Shown piece after piece: positions 12,901-24,900 of a DNA stretch of 64,000 nt. Source of the DNA: Amoebophrya sp. A120 (lineage: Eukaryota > Protista > Dinoflagellata); NCBI GenBank assembly GCA_905178155.1, contig CAJINV010000005.1, forward strand, positions 9,025,957 to 9,089,956, written 5' to 3'. The position numbers and the translations under genes are program-made. The notes beneath the pieces are model-generated. The model made no database searches. It saw nothing but the letters and a program-made list of their open reading frames with translations, and was not told where the DNA came from. The stretch's first letter is position 1, and every line of letters starts with the position of its first letter.

Positions 12901-15900
12901 CAGAATAGGCAACACCTAGCGACTCAAAAACCTGTCATGCTGAGCCGTCACTTCTGGCGTTCTCTTGCTTCGCCAACCAGCATCACAAGTTTCCAGACAT
13001 CCAGGAAGAATTGCATTTCATATTTGGTTCTTCGAGATTTCCTCGGCGAACTTCGCCTCGACGTTACTGCCCCAATCCTGGAATTCGTTGGTCATCTGCA
13101 GTTTCACATGCTCAATCGCCTGGTTGATCTCTTCCACAATTTTTTGCCGTATGGGAGTGAAGAATCTGCGAGCAGGTTGAGGGCTTTTAACATCCGTTGC
13201 AGAGTAGTGTGCTGGAACGCGCGCATGACAGAACGGGGCTCTCATGCAAAGGATGCTACACAAAACCTACGACAAAAAACATCTCCATCCCATACGCAGT
13301 TTCGAAGTCTGGTCGGACTGCTTTTCCTCGATCAGATCGGTGATCTCGGCGTTTTATGCATTGCAAATACGTTTCGGTCTGGATTTGTGATGCAGAATTG
13401 CAAAGTTTAGCAGGATCTCTATTGTCGATGAACAGGACTGGCTAGTAGTAGTTTTTTCGTCGTGCTGGAAGGTAGTTTGTAATGCGACTTAGGAAGTAAA
13501 GAACCGTAATATGAAGCTGCCTCGCAAAACTTGTCATGCAGTAGTGAAGTACAAAGCCCCTCAGAAGTCTCATGCAAGACTCAGCAACACAAATTCTTTG
13601 CATCGTTCGAGACAAAGATCGCTATTTGCATTCGATACGTTCAGCTGCAGTGCGTTGGACTCGTGTTGCCGCAGCGAATCTTGCAGCCGGTTCTCGGACA
13701 GTTTGACCTGATAGTGTGTCGTTGTCATGCAGGATGAGCATGAGAAACACCTTTACATTTGCGAATTCAGCATCACAAAGCCTGCTGCGAAGAAATCCGA
13801 CTTTAGCTACTTCCACTATTGTACCTTCTCCATCTCCTCCACCACGGAATCCAATTTGAAGTCGATCTGCTGGTGCAGATTGTTGCTCGATTTCTTCAAT
13901 TCGGAGTAAAACAGCTGTTTGTTTCCCTCCACCGTTTGCTGCGTCTGCTTCCAGCGAGTGTCGTTGTCCGTGTGTGCTTTCGCGATTTTCGCAGTCAAGG
14001 TGTCATTGGTCAGTTGCACCTGGTCGGCCAATTTCCCCTCGATGTGCTTCATGTCTTTCGTCAGGCCCGGTAGGATCTTGTCGAACAACTTCGTTTGCAA
14101 ACTGTCGTGCGTGGTCTTCCAACTCGTGTTAGACGTCTGCAGGTTACTGTCGAAGTTCTGCTTCACCTGCTCCAATTCGCTGCTCACTTTCAGCTGCAAC
14201 TGGTTCATCGATTCCTCCGTGTCTTTCTGCAGCAAGTTGAAGTCCAGTTTGACCGGGTTTACCAAATCGTGCTTCACGAACTCAATACTCCCCTGCACCC
14301 GCTGCTCCGTCCGCTCCCACTGTCTTTCCAGCAGTTCCTTTGCCTCCTTCCCGGCGAGTTCGAACTTGGAAGTGAGCAACGTGTTGTATCATATGCAAAA
14401 ACGTCCCCACGACCCCATAGTCAACATGGGAATCTCGCAACACAGGTCGAGAAGTTTTGGGAGTCACGCATGACAAGTTCGTCTCTGTATTGTAGTGCAG
14501 TTTAGCGAGTGCAGCAGCATCACAAAGCCATCTACTCATCCGGTTTACAGCATTACAAATTCCAAAACGCGGCTGGAAATGCTTCTCATGGGGATGCGCA
14601 CTACAGACATTCCTGCGATTGCAAATCGCCATGACAACTATCGGGTGGGGGCGTTTTTACTCAGGATATGTTGAACTTCTTATTCACCAAATCCTGCTTC
14701 TGCTTAAACTGGTCGAAAGTGGTGAGGATATTCCCGATCTGCTATTGCAAGGAAAAATCCCCCCTCCCTTTATAAAGGCATCCGTCGCGAAATTTGTGAT
14801 GCAGATTTGTGGCCACAAATCATTTTTGTCTTACAGAAAGGCAAGCGGTGAGGGATGCGCCGCATTATGGATGCGGTTTGTCATGCTGCTTGGCCTACGG
14901 GGCAGGCGTTTCCCATGCTAAACAGCTAGACCCTTGCGCACCTAAACAGCCTAAGAATCTGCCCGCAATTCCTTACAGCGAGAGAGACCACATTTGTGTA
15001 CGCAAATCCAGCATCGGAAATTTTCGCTGATTTTCTTTTGATATGGGGAGGGGGATTTTTTCCTTCTGATATCTGCGCTTCGAATTTTTCCTTCAGGATT
15101 TTCATTTCCTCCCGGACGTTTAAATCCAGCAATTTGATATGGATTGTAAAAATGTCTGGGTCTGGAAGAATGCATGTTTGTCATGCTTGTCTGGCATGAC
15201 TCTCAAATCTGTCATGCACGTTACCCAAAAGCGCCATTTTTCTGTCATGCAAGTAGTAGTAGTAGTAGTACCATTTAACTCCTGGCGGGTCGGCGTGTGA
15301 ACAGATTTAGCCTCTGCCAATACCTGGGCGTTAGAACAGATTTAGCCTCTGCCGATACCCCTAGGTGGAGACACGGTCCACATGCAGAAACGCAGTTTGT
15401 CATGCAGAATAGGCAGCACCTAGAAGCTCAGAAACTTGTCATGCTGAGCCAGCACTTGCGGCCTCCTCATGATACGCAGCCCAGCATCACAGGTTTCCAG
15501 ACCCAGACATATTTGCAATTGATATTTGACCTCCTTCAGCAAAAATTCGTTGTTCGATTTCGCGTCCGCCTTCATTTCCACGATAATTTTGTTCTCCAGA
15601 GTCGACAACCGATCGTTCAAATCCTTGAAATCCTGGGACTGCTTCGACTCGTTCTGCTTGGAACTCTCGGTCAGAAAGTTTGTTTTCCGCTCCAGCAAAT
15701 CTTCGATCTCATCCACCACTTTCCGGTCCAACACCCGGTCTTCCTCCATTTTGCGAAAGTTGGCGGTCAGCAGCCGGATTTTCTTCTCCATGCTATCCGT
15801 CAAATCGGTCAATTTCAGTTTGTTCTCCTTCCTCAACTCGTCTTCGGACAGCAAAATCTGCTTTGCCAGTTCTTCTTTCGACACTTGGAGTTTGATCGAC

Positions 15901-18892
15901 AGTTCCTCGGAAAACTTTTCGTTCTTGTCGCACATCAAGTGGATCTCCTCGTCGCATTTGGTCGCCACGTCCTTGCAAAAATCAGCGTTCCACTGGCGCA
16001 GTTCCGCGTTCAGCTTTTCTATCTGGTATGGCTTGCTCAGGTGTTACAATGATTTCAAACGTTACAATAGAGTCGGGATTTTGTATTGCATGACCAGCAT
16101 GACAGACTCGTAGAGCGTTCCATTTATTTTCTGCAATAGAAATTTCAGCAGATGATTCTGGCCGGGTTTCGGACTCGAGAACTTGTCATGCGCAATCCTG
16201 TGTGAGCAGGCTAGATCATGCACTCTTGCATCACAGATTTCCATATTCTATTGTAAGGGTTGAGACTGTAAAACCTGAGCGGGGTATATCTGGATCCCGA
16301 GCTTCTCGCAGGCGGCGTTCCGCTCGTTGGCCTCACTGGAGAGCTGCTTTTTGAGAAGCTCTATCAACTGCAAAAATGTCTGGTGTCTGGAAGAGTCGGG
16401 GCTTCTCATGCACATTTTGCATGACCCGTGAGGTCTGTGATGCTGGTGCCAACTTCTCAGAGCTTCTTGATGCTAATTACGCATGAGAAATGCCCTCTCT
16501 GCGTGCCAAGAACTGACTCCTCTTGCTGCTCATGCAACACAGACATTTTTACTTTTAGAATCCGCAGACAGTATTACAAGTTCCACTCTTCCAGACCCAG
16601 ACATATTTGCAATCCATAAGCTCGAAGTTCGTCAGCATCTTCGACTCGAGGCTGCGCTGCTGATTCGTCAGCTTGGACTTGGCCGTGTGGAGGGGAAGAA
16701 GGGAGTGGGTGGAAGGGTTTTGTCATGGTAGATCTAGAAGATGCAGACGGATCTTCGAGAACTGCAGAATACCGAGGAACACCAGTCTTCACGCATACAT
16801 TATCAACATCATCCTGCTCCCACCCATGCAAATCAGGAAATAAAGCATACATTGTGATTATGCTCGACAAGCGATTCTCGCATGACAAACTCCCACCACG
16901 GTCCTCTCAAGTACATTCGCATACCACGTGTCCTCAACCTCCAGAATCATGTCTCGCATGGCAATCTCCGTTTTCCCGACCCGTTTGTTATCGACAAGAA
17001 AGATTCATGCTTTCAGGTTGTTCCCTCAACTACAAGGTACAGATCTCTATGCAGTCTGCTTCGGTTTTTCAAACGCATTTCTTCAGGTTAGTGCGCAGCG
17101 CATGACAAAGTGAAAGTCAAGATGGGGCGCATGGCAGACTTTTTTGCACAGAAGAAATGAAAATCTAGTACTGCTACCTGAAAACAATCCTTGCTTCCTC
17201 TCATACTCCTGCGTCTCCCGGTATTTTTCCTGAAACTCCTCCTTGCTGCGGAGAACCTTGGTGTTGCAGAGACGTTGTTTTCTTGCATTCACGCATGACA
17301 AACCTCCTTCTTTTTCCCTGTTCCGCGCAACAGACATCAAACCTGACGCACTATCTATCACTTTCCGCATGACAAACAAAGACAAACTCAAAGGTCGTAT
17401 AAGAAAATACGTGGCTCGCGCAGTCCAGCACATCGCGGTAGAGCAGCGAAAATTTCCGCTCCTTCAACGACGCGGCATTTCCACCTCCGATATCAAATGT
17501 AAAAGTGTCTGGGTCTGGAAGATTGCCAAGTTTGGTTGGTTGGTTGGGTAGCGCCTGTCGCCGGTGCAGGTCCCGCCCTCCATCGATTGCGATCCGGAGT
17601 AGCCAGAACACAAGGCCCTAGTGGCACAATCGATCGACGAAGCCCTTTATAACCAGGTCACAGTCATCCGGCTGCCCTGGAGTCATTCGCGGGCCAGGCA
17701 ACGTCTAGGAGCTACGGATTAGGGATCTTGATAGGCGAGACAGGTCACGCATATTTTGAATTGCCCATGATGTCTGTGATGCATGCCCTAGCATCACAGA
17801 TTTTCAGAAGACTTTGTGATGCCTCTACCGCATGAGAAATGCCCTCTCCACGTAGCACAAACTGGAGTGCTTCTGCTTTTGCTGGTCATGCAATACAAAC
17901 TTTTTTAGAATCCAGACACAGCATTACAAGTTTAGAATCTCCCAGACCCAGACATTTTTACATTTGATATCCGACGCTGCTCGCACCGAGGTTCGCACTC
18001 AGGGTCGCGCTGTGCCCCGCGGTTTTGCGAATCGTGGCACTGCTATTCGGGAGGGAAGCCGAATTCGGGCGGTGCATTTTCGACGATAAATCGGTTGGGT
18101 AACTCGGACTGGAAGATTGTTCCCACGACGAACTCGGATTTTTTGTGTTGCTCTGCTCGTTGATAAATTCCGTATGAATTGCAAAAAATGTCTGGGTCTG
18201 GAAACTTGTGATGCTGGTTGGCGAATCAAGAGAACGCCAGAAATGACGGCTCAGCATGACAGGTTTTTGAGTCGCTTGGTGTTGCCTATTCTGCATGAGA
18301 AACTGGGTTTTTGCATGACACAAAAGTGGCGCTTTTGGGTACCTTGCATGACAGACTTGACAGTCATGCTAGCAGAGCATGACAAACCTGGCATTTTCCC
18401 AGACCCAGACACTTTTGCAATCCATATTCCGCGATCTTGATCAATTCACCCGGAGACCGCGAAGGCGTGGCGTTCAGCGGGGACCGGGGATTTGTCTTGC
18501 TGGTTGTACTATCCGTTGCAAACATGTCTGGGTCTGGAAGATTGGGGTGTTTGGTTGGTTGGGTAGCGCCTGTCGCCGGTGCAGGTCCCGCCCTCCATCG
18601 ATTGTGTTTGTCATGCAAATTGTACCTGACCCACGATGCCTGTGAAGCATTCTCTAGCATCCTAGCCCTCGCGAAGGCTTTCTCATGCGTATCCTGCATG
18701 AGAAATGCCCGACCCGGGTGGCAAAAATCTGAGCACCTTGTTTTGGTGGTCATGCAATACAGTTTTTTGTATGATCGAGAGCTAGCATCACAAATCCCAT
18801 TCTTCCGGACCCAGACATATTTGCACTTGATATGTACCTCCGAAAGAAACGGTTTTGCTTGGAGAAGAGATCGGCTGATACCGCGAGGCCAT
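9901..18892 (-). CDS. Large coiled-coil protein with Q/N-rich C-terminus (about 20 exons)
   Basis: Start MASRYQPISSPSK at 18892; frame verified across elements 18510, 18173, 17491 and 9982; long E/K/Q/L-rich exons 15525-16021 and 13819-14381; stop TAA 9901-9903. Internal junctions were not all checked. Confidence 0.6.
9982..10240. mobile_element. TIR introner, family E
   Basis: TSD GTTGG/GTCGG. Confidence 0.88.
11062..11340. mobile_element. TIR introner, family C
   Basis: TSD GTTTC. Confidence 0.9.
11383..11610. mobile_element. Degenerate TIR introner, family B-like
   Basis: AGTGCACAAATCCCCCTC/GAGGGGGAGTTGTGCACT; TSD AAATC. Confidence 0.7.
11692..11845. mobile_element. TIR introner, family G (GCAAAAGYATCGTAC TIR, about 150 bp)
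   Basis: TSD CTGGA/CTGTA. Confidence 0.82.
11920..12177. mobile_element. TIR introner, family A
   Basis: TSD GGTGT/AGTGT; close homolog of 8471-8729. Confidence 0.88.
12369..12679. mobile_element. TIR introner, family B
   Basis: TSD TCGCA. Confidence 0.85.
12765..13022. mobile_element. TIR introner, family A
   Basis: TSD TTTGG; reverse-complement homolog of 18173-18426. Confidence 0.88.
13150..13294. mobile_element. Degenerate TAT...ATA intron
   Basis: TATGGGA/TCCCATA ends; flanks TGCCG/CGCAG. Confidence 0.6.
13355..13637. mobile_element. Degenerate TIR introner, family A-like
   Basis: TSD CGTTT/CGTTC. Confidence 0.75.
14387..14668. mobile_element. TIR introner, family C
   Basis: TSD TGTTG. 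Confidence 0.88.
14743..15071. mobile_element. TIR introner, family B
   Basis: TSD TCTGC. Confidence 0.88.
15138..15524. mobile_element. TIR introner, family A, with nested 129-bp insertion (15252-15380)
   Basis: TSD TTTGA; compare the uninterrupted copy 41086-41337. Confidence 0.88.
16027..16288. mobile_element. TIR introner, family E (opposite orientation to 9982)
   Basis: TSD TCTGG. Confidence 0.88.
16362..16618. mobile_element. TIR introner, family A
   Basis: TSD AGCTC. Confidence 0.88.
17491..17969. mobile_element. TIR introner, family A, with nested about 210-bp (TTGG)n-tailed insertion
   Basis: TSD TCCGA. Confidence 0.88.
18173..18426. mobile_element. TIR introner, family A
   Basis: TSD TTCCG. 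Confidence 0.9.
18510..18832. mobile_element. TIR introner, family A, with nested 54-bp (TTGG)n-tailed insertion
   Basis: TSD TGTAC. Confidence 0.88.
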
Positions 18893-18897
18893 TTAGC

Positions 18898-19110
18898 TAT
18901 CGCAAGAAAAAACTGCTTCACTGACGTGAACTTGTGATGCATAGAATGGAGCACAGAACTATTTGTCTTGCTACACCTGCAAGGTATTGGATTTTTAAGC
19001 GTGTTTTTCCCTTAAAGAGCGCGCATGGCAAATTTTCTGTGTCATGTGTAGCAAACTTGTGAAGCGAATCTTGCAAAACCATCACAGTGAAACAGTTTTT
19101 TCGTGGGATA
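18898..19110. mobile_element. TIR introner, family D-like (probably in a 5' UTR)
   Basis: AAAAAACTGCTTCACTG/CAGTGAAACAGTTTTTT; TSD TTAGC/TTATC. Confidence 0.8.
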
Positions 19111-19757
19111 TTATCGGGATGAACAGTTTTAATCAGTCTTCAAACCTCGTCAATTTTTCCGTCTTACTAGTCAAGTAGATGATAGGAAGGAAAAACTATC
19201 TTCAGCAGGAGTTTCGTGGTTTTGTTGTGAACCGCCTTAAACACACTAGAAGAGCTGAGAAAATACATGGCACTCCCTTGCGCATGCGCGGCACCCGTGA
19301 TCATAGACAGAAAAAAAACAAGTGTGCCGTCTGGATAGATACGCATACTTTTCTGTTTGCTGATAAACCGACAACAGGGACCGAATCCTAACACGTCTTA
19401 GCGAAAGAAAAAAACATTCCAGGTAAGATTGCAAAACCGTCGTCACAACCGATGATATTCAACATTAACACACCGAGTGCGATGTTAATCCATGCACGCG
19501 GCAAGAAGAAAAAACAAGAGCACGACGACACCTGCATTGGCAAAAGATTCTTTCACCTGCATCGACCTGGAGAGGGAAGCATCGAATCGAAATCCGAATC
19601 TCACGTCTGTGCGTGAATGCCGCAGAAGGCTGGACTTTCGTATCTCTGTGCATGTACACTACAAAAGGTCTTGATTTGAACCAGAAACGATAAAGGAAGA
19701 AGCCGAGTTTCAGGAACGAATGCCATGCAGTTACGTACTGAGAGAAAACAACTTTGC

Positions 19758-21630
19758 AAGAAAGACAACCACCGACCCGCGACCGTCTACTTAGTGGGAG
19801 GAGAGAGGAAAAAAAATGTATCAGTAGAACAGCTTCCAGCATCACATATTCTCATTCCGGTAGGATGTCGCTTCTGGGCTCCCGTAGTTCTAATTTCTAG
19901 ATCTTTCAGAAGCGAAGCAGTGGAACACGGTGGTCCCTCCAAGACCAAAAAAGAATCTCCTGACAGTTTACATTATCACAGCCTTGAGCCGAAGCTCGTT
20001 AACACGGGTGGCGCAAGGTGGTTGCTCATGTTCCTTTTTGTGTCGAACAAAGTGCCTCTTCTGCTTGCTTTTCTACTCGCTCTCGATTGCAGTAAAGAAA
20101 CAACAGATTTACAGTACTCGAACTACGATACGATAATCGACAAGGAGTAGCTCGAACAGAAAGTTCCTCTGCGACATGAAAGCAAGGCATAAATCGAAAG
20201 AGCTCTAGAAAAAGAGCTCTGGAGAGCATTTTGTCATTGGTTTGGTACAAAGTGTAGTCTTTCCTAGTCTCACAACAACCATCAGCCATCATCCTGCTCC
20301 ATCATCTTGCTCACGACTTGGGGCACAATTCGCACGACTCGAAGGAGCCGGAGCCGCGGCATATTTCTTCATCCACCGCATATTTTTCTGCTTTCGCTTC
20401 GGCCACGGCTTCGGAGTCGTTGATATGGGTAGAAAAAGTGAAAGGGAGCGCAGCAGCGGAGTTCGTGCATTTGGCAAACGCCGTACGCTCGACCACCAGA
20501 CTCCTTTGTCCGGTGCTGTCTTGATATACAGCGCGCGCAGCGGATGCCCCCGCACCAGCAGCCGTGCCCACCTGTGAAGTTTCCTGTGATCGTGGTGAAC
20601 AACAAATTTGGAAACTTTCATAGAGGTTACGATCCTCAAACGTAGTGGGGTGTTACCAATTGTGAATTGCAGTATTGCGCGTATATTGGGTTCACAAACA
20701 AACCTGACATCGTGCAATCAAAAGTCCATCATCATTCCAGCATCGGTGTTCTTGTTTCCTTCATCGTGTTTACGTTCTCATGATGTAGCTGCTTACTTTT
20801 AGTTTTTGTGCGTACGATGCTATTGCGCTACTACGAGAAATGTACGATGTTCCGACTAAAATTGCTCTGCACGAATACCGATAGTATGATTGCATTTTTG
20901 CACTCAAACAGAAATCAGCTGAACGTCAATACCGATGACATTCCCCCGTCTCCGTATGAAATAGCATGTAAAATATAGTAAAAATAGTAATCCTAGTAAA
21001 TATTTTAGGTGCTATTCCGAAAATGAAAGTGAAAATCCTAATGGGATATACCGCACCCCCGGCAGCCGTCGCGCACATCGCCGCAGAGGCATACGCCAAG
21101 GTTACAAGAGCCTTCTCCTTTTCCACCATTCCGACTGCAGCGGCTCCGTCACTGCCGACGACGGCTTGCAGGTCCCCGGACGACGTGCTCTCCGTTGCAA
21201 TGCGGGAGGCACTAGCGCCTTCATCGGAAAACTCCGTCTCCGTGGGGGGGGTGGGGGGGGCACGAGCCCGTGCACAGACGACGCGGGAAGAGCCGCGAGC
21301 GAAAACAGCGACTTCTTGACGATGCCGAAAGCCATCTTGTTGAGAGAAGATTGCGTTGTAGTTTTTTCACTCAACAGATAATCTCTTGGAGAGCAAGAGC
21401 AAGAGCCACATAGCTGTAGTATGAATATCTTTGGAAGGACGACGAAAGCCAACCCGCGACCGCGTGTACTTATTCGGAAAAAAAAATGCGCCGGTAGAAC
21501 ACCAGTTTTCGGTATAACGTACTGTTACTCTGGTAGGAGAAATTCGACGCAGAGCTCCCTCCGCGTAAATCAAAAAAGCTCTGGAGAGCATTCTATCATT
21601 GGTTTGGTACAAAGTGTAGTCTTTCCTAGT
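19758..21630. repeat. Two copies (19758-20268, 21433-21630) of a structured element of unknown class
   Basis: Shared about 55-nt block GCTCTGGAGAGCATT..TCATTGGTTTGGTACAAAGTGTAGTCTTTCCTAGT plus blocks ACCCGCGACCG, TACTTA and GGAAAAAAAATG..GTAGAACA; ends are complementary. Confidence 0.6.
20311..21335 (-). CDS. Possible secreted Ala-rich hypothetical protein
   Basis: Signal-peptide-like MAFGIVKKSLFSLAALPASSVHG; needs a frameshift in the G-run at about 21244-21260 to join the downstream GC-rich frames. Confidence 0.25.
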
Positions 21631-21921
21631 TCAACATTGTGCATTATTTGCGCATTTTTCTTCAATGCGCGCACTGCTTTTGCCTTCTGCACTTATCTTT
21701 TGCAGAATTTGCAAAAATCTTTCCTGTGTGTCATCAGCACCAGATCGTCATCGTATAAATCAACTTTAAATTCGCATCAACTTTTTTTGAGTATGAAAGA
21801 GCATCAACTTGTCTCGTAAACATCGTCAACTTATTCGCATCGTTACACAGCAGGATGTAGTCACCACAACTTCCCATAGTTCGCCGTCGTACTAGTCCAT
21901 CCGCATGAGAAGTTTTTTCCT

Positions 21922-24900
21922 TTACCTCTTCGCCGTCACCAGCCCCGCCGGCATTTCGCTGACCACCCCAAGACTCCCGACCTGTTTCTCCAGTATGCAT
22001 TGCAAAAGCATCGCACTAGTAGAAATCGCATTACAAATTCGGTCAGCATGACAAATGTAATTTGTTATGCTGTTTGACCTTGGGATGGAAGTTTGTAATG
22101 CATGATTGCGATTACTACGAGTACGATACTTTTGCACAGGATATCCAGCGGCTCCACCCCAATCTCCTCCACGGGCACCCCGAAGTCGACTAACCGTTTT
22201 TCGAACACATGGAGAGAATCGTTGTACTGCTTGGTCGCGAGGGCAATTTGGTACTCCAGGTCCTTGCACAGCGTGTTTTTCTGCAGCAACACAGATTCCA
22301 ATTTCTGCGTTACATTCTGCACCACCATGGGGTCGAGTTTGGCGGACGCTAAAACTTCGGAAAGCTGGACCTGCTTCTGCTGGAATTCGTGCTGGAGAAG
22401 CTCGAGCTTGCGCTCCAGAACCTGACGGGGTTGTTTTTTACACGTGTTGAATGCATTCGCATTGCAAAGTGCGGAAATTTGACAGAAGTCTGTCATGCGT
22501 GAAATCAAGCAAAAGCTCGAGTTTGTCATGCGCGACATGCAAAATGAAGTAACACAACATATGCCAACTTCTATTATACAACGTTCTTGTATTCGCTCCT
22601 CTTCTTCACGTCTGCTACGCCCTTGGCAAATTCGTGGTAGAGCTCGTCCCTTTCCCTTTCCACTTTCGTGAATTTTTCGTTTGCCATCCTCCAATTGCCC
22701 CCTGCTTCCTTCAGCTCGTTTTCCAGCGATTGTGCTCGCGCGATCAAGTTCTTCAGGGCCAGTTTGTCTTTGCCGTAGCTGAAAGTAGGAGGTGATTTGT
22801 CATGCACAGTATACAACAGGGGCTACAGGAATTATAAAAGATGTTTCTCATGCGCGAAACACCACAGGAATCATGTTTCTCATGCGCGAAACTACACTCA
22901 CATCGCTAAATAAATAACTACGATTTCAGTTGCGACTGCAGCTCCTGCCTCATTTGCTCCTTCTGCTTCAGTATGCAGTGCAGAAGCATCGTACTCGTAT
23001 AAATGCATCACAAATTTCCTCAGCATGAGAAATGACATTTGTAATGCTAAGCTGCCTTAAGAACAAGATTTGTAATACGTGACTGCAATACGAGTACGAT
23101 ACTTTTGCACAGGATATTCAGTGGCTCCGCAAGGTTTTGGTTTCCGAGTGTTAATGACTTCATTCTCTGAAGGTTGGTCCTCTCCTGGTCTTTCATTTCG
23201 GCGATCTCATCCTTCAAAGACTTTATGAGCTGCAGGTTGTCGTGAGTAATATCTGATAGAATTTCGATTTCCCGCTGTTGAAAAGTCAGAACAATGTCAT
23301 GCAGAACTTCGCATCACAGACTCTGTTTCTCATGCGTGTAGTCCCCATGATGACATCAAAATATCTTCCTTCTGCTATACCGTTGTAGTAGCCCTTTATC
23401 TGGTCAAAGGCCTCCTGGTGGTTGAACAGCAGGTCGTTTTATCCTGAGTAAAAACGTCCCCACCTCAAGTTGCGAACTCTCTGTGCAACACAAATTCAGG
23501 ACTTTTGGGAGCCACGCATGACAAGCTTTTTCTGCACGGTGGTGCAAGTTAGCAAGGACAGCCGCATCACAGAGCCCTCTCCTTATCCTGTTCCCAGCAT
23601 TACAAATTCTAAAACACGACGGGAAATTATGCCTCTCATAGGTAAATGCGCATTGAAAAGTGGTCCTGTAATGGCAAATCTGCATCACAACTAATGTGGC
23701 GTGGGAACGTTTTTTTCCTCAGGATACGTTTATGTGCTGGTTTTTCCTCTCTTCTATCTCGTGAATTTCGCACTTTCGCTTCAATTCCAGGTCCCTCTGT
23801 AGCTCTTCTATCTGCTCCTCGTAGTTCTTCTCGAGTGTCCCGTGGTTCACCTCGAAGGTTTCTCGCAGCTTTTTCAGGTTTCCTGACAGAAATTAGCAGT
23901 TGGCTTGTTGAGTCAGTAATTTCATCCCGGCAGCCCTAAGGTGTACTTCTACAGCTACATCACAAGACGTCGAAAATTCAGCACTTAGAAAAGTTCAAAA
24001 AACCATCGCACAACACAACTTAGCTCTGTGAATCAAGACTTGCCATGCACTTCCGCTATGAGAGATATCTCTTCCTTCCAACCGCTAAAATGGTGCTAAC
24101 CTTGGACATCGAGAGGAAAAACTGATTATTTTGCTACTTGCCCAGACGAAAGTTTGTCATGCGGATGAAAGGGAGCAGAGAAAGGGTTTGTCGAGCAGAA
24201 ACTGCATAGAAAAACTATCAGCCAAACAAAAGATTCCGGTGGTTGCTTTGCCTCGCGCGTTGGAACAACGACAGTGTGTAAAACCAACATCGGGAGAGAG
24301 AGCCATTGATTGCATCATAGTGAAAATTATACCTCGAATTCCTCATGCGCTAGGTCCCCTAGGTGGCGCGGCGGCCACACGAAACCACAATTTTACCCTG
24401 CACATGAACTACTTCTACACTACAAGTTGTATCAGCCAAACAAAAGATTCCGGTGGTGTTTGTGCCTCAGAAGAAAATCTACTGGTGTGCAGAAAATCAT
24501 CCTCGGGAGAGAGAGCCATTGACTGCATCTTCATGATAGTTGTTCTTTGTCATGCGGGAAAGAAAAAGAGAAGAAATTTGTCGTGCACAAACAGAAACAA
24601 GCACTGCATAAAAATTATCAGCCAAACAAAAGATTCCGGTGGTGTTTGTGCCTCAGAAGAGAGTCTGCTGGTGTGCAGATAATCATCCTCGGGAGAGAGA
24701 GCCATTGATTGCATCATGATAGTAGACTGTCATGCAGAATATAAACGGGAGTGGGAAAGAAGATTTTGTCGTGCATCAAGAAGCTGCGGATACTGTCCGA
24801 AACTCGGTAAGGCGACCACTTTCATTCCAATTCGAAAGGGACTCCAGCTAGAATCGGTATTCGTGTTCCTCTCGGATTCCAATCCGCAACAGCATGACAA

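Noticed and set aside
20230-20268. U2 or U3 snRNA call for the duplicated block
   Set aside because: Only 9-13 nt resemble them; flanking U2 stems and U3 boxes A/B/C/D are missing, so it is left unclassified
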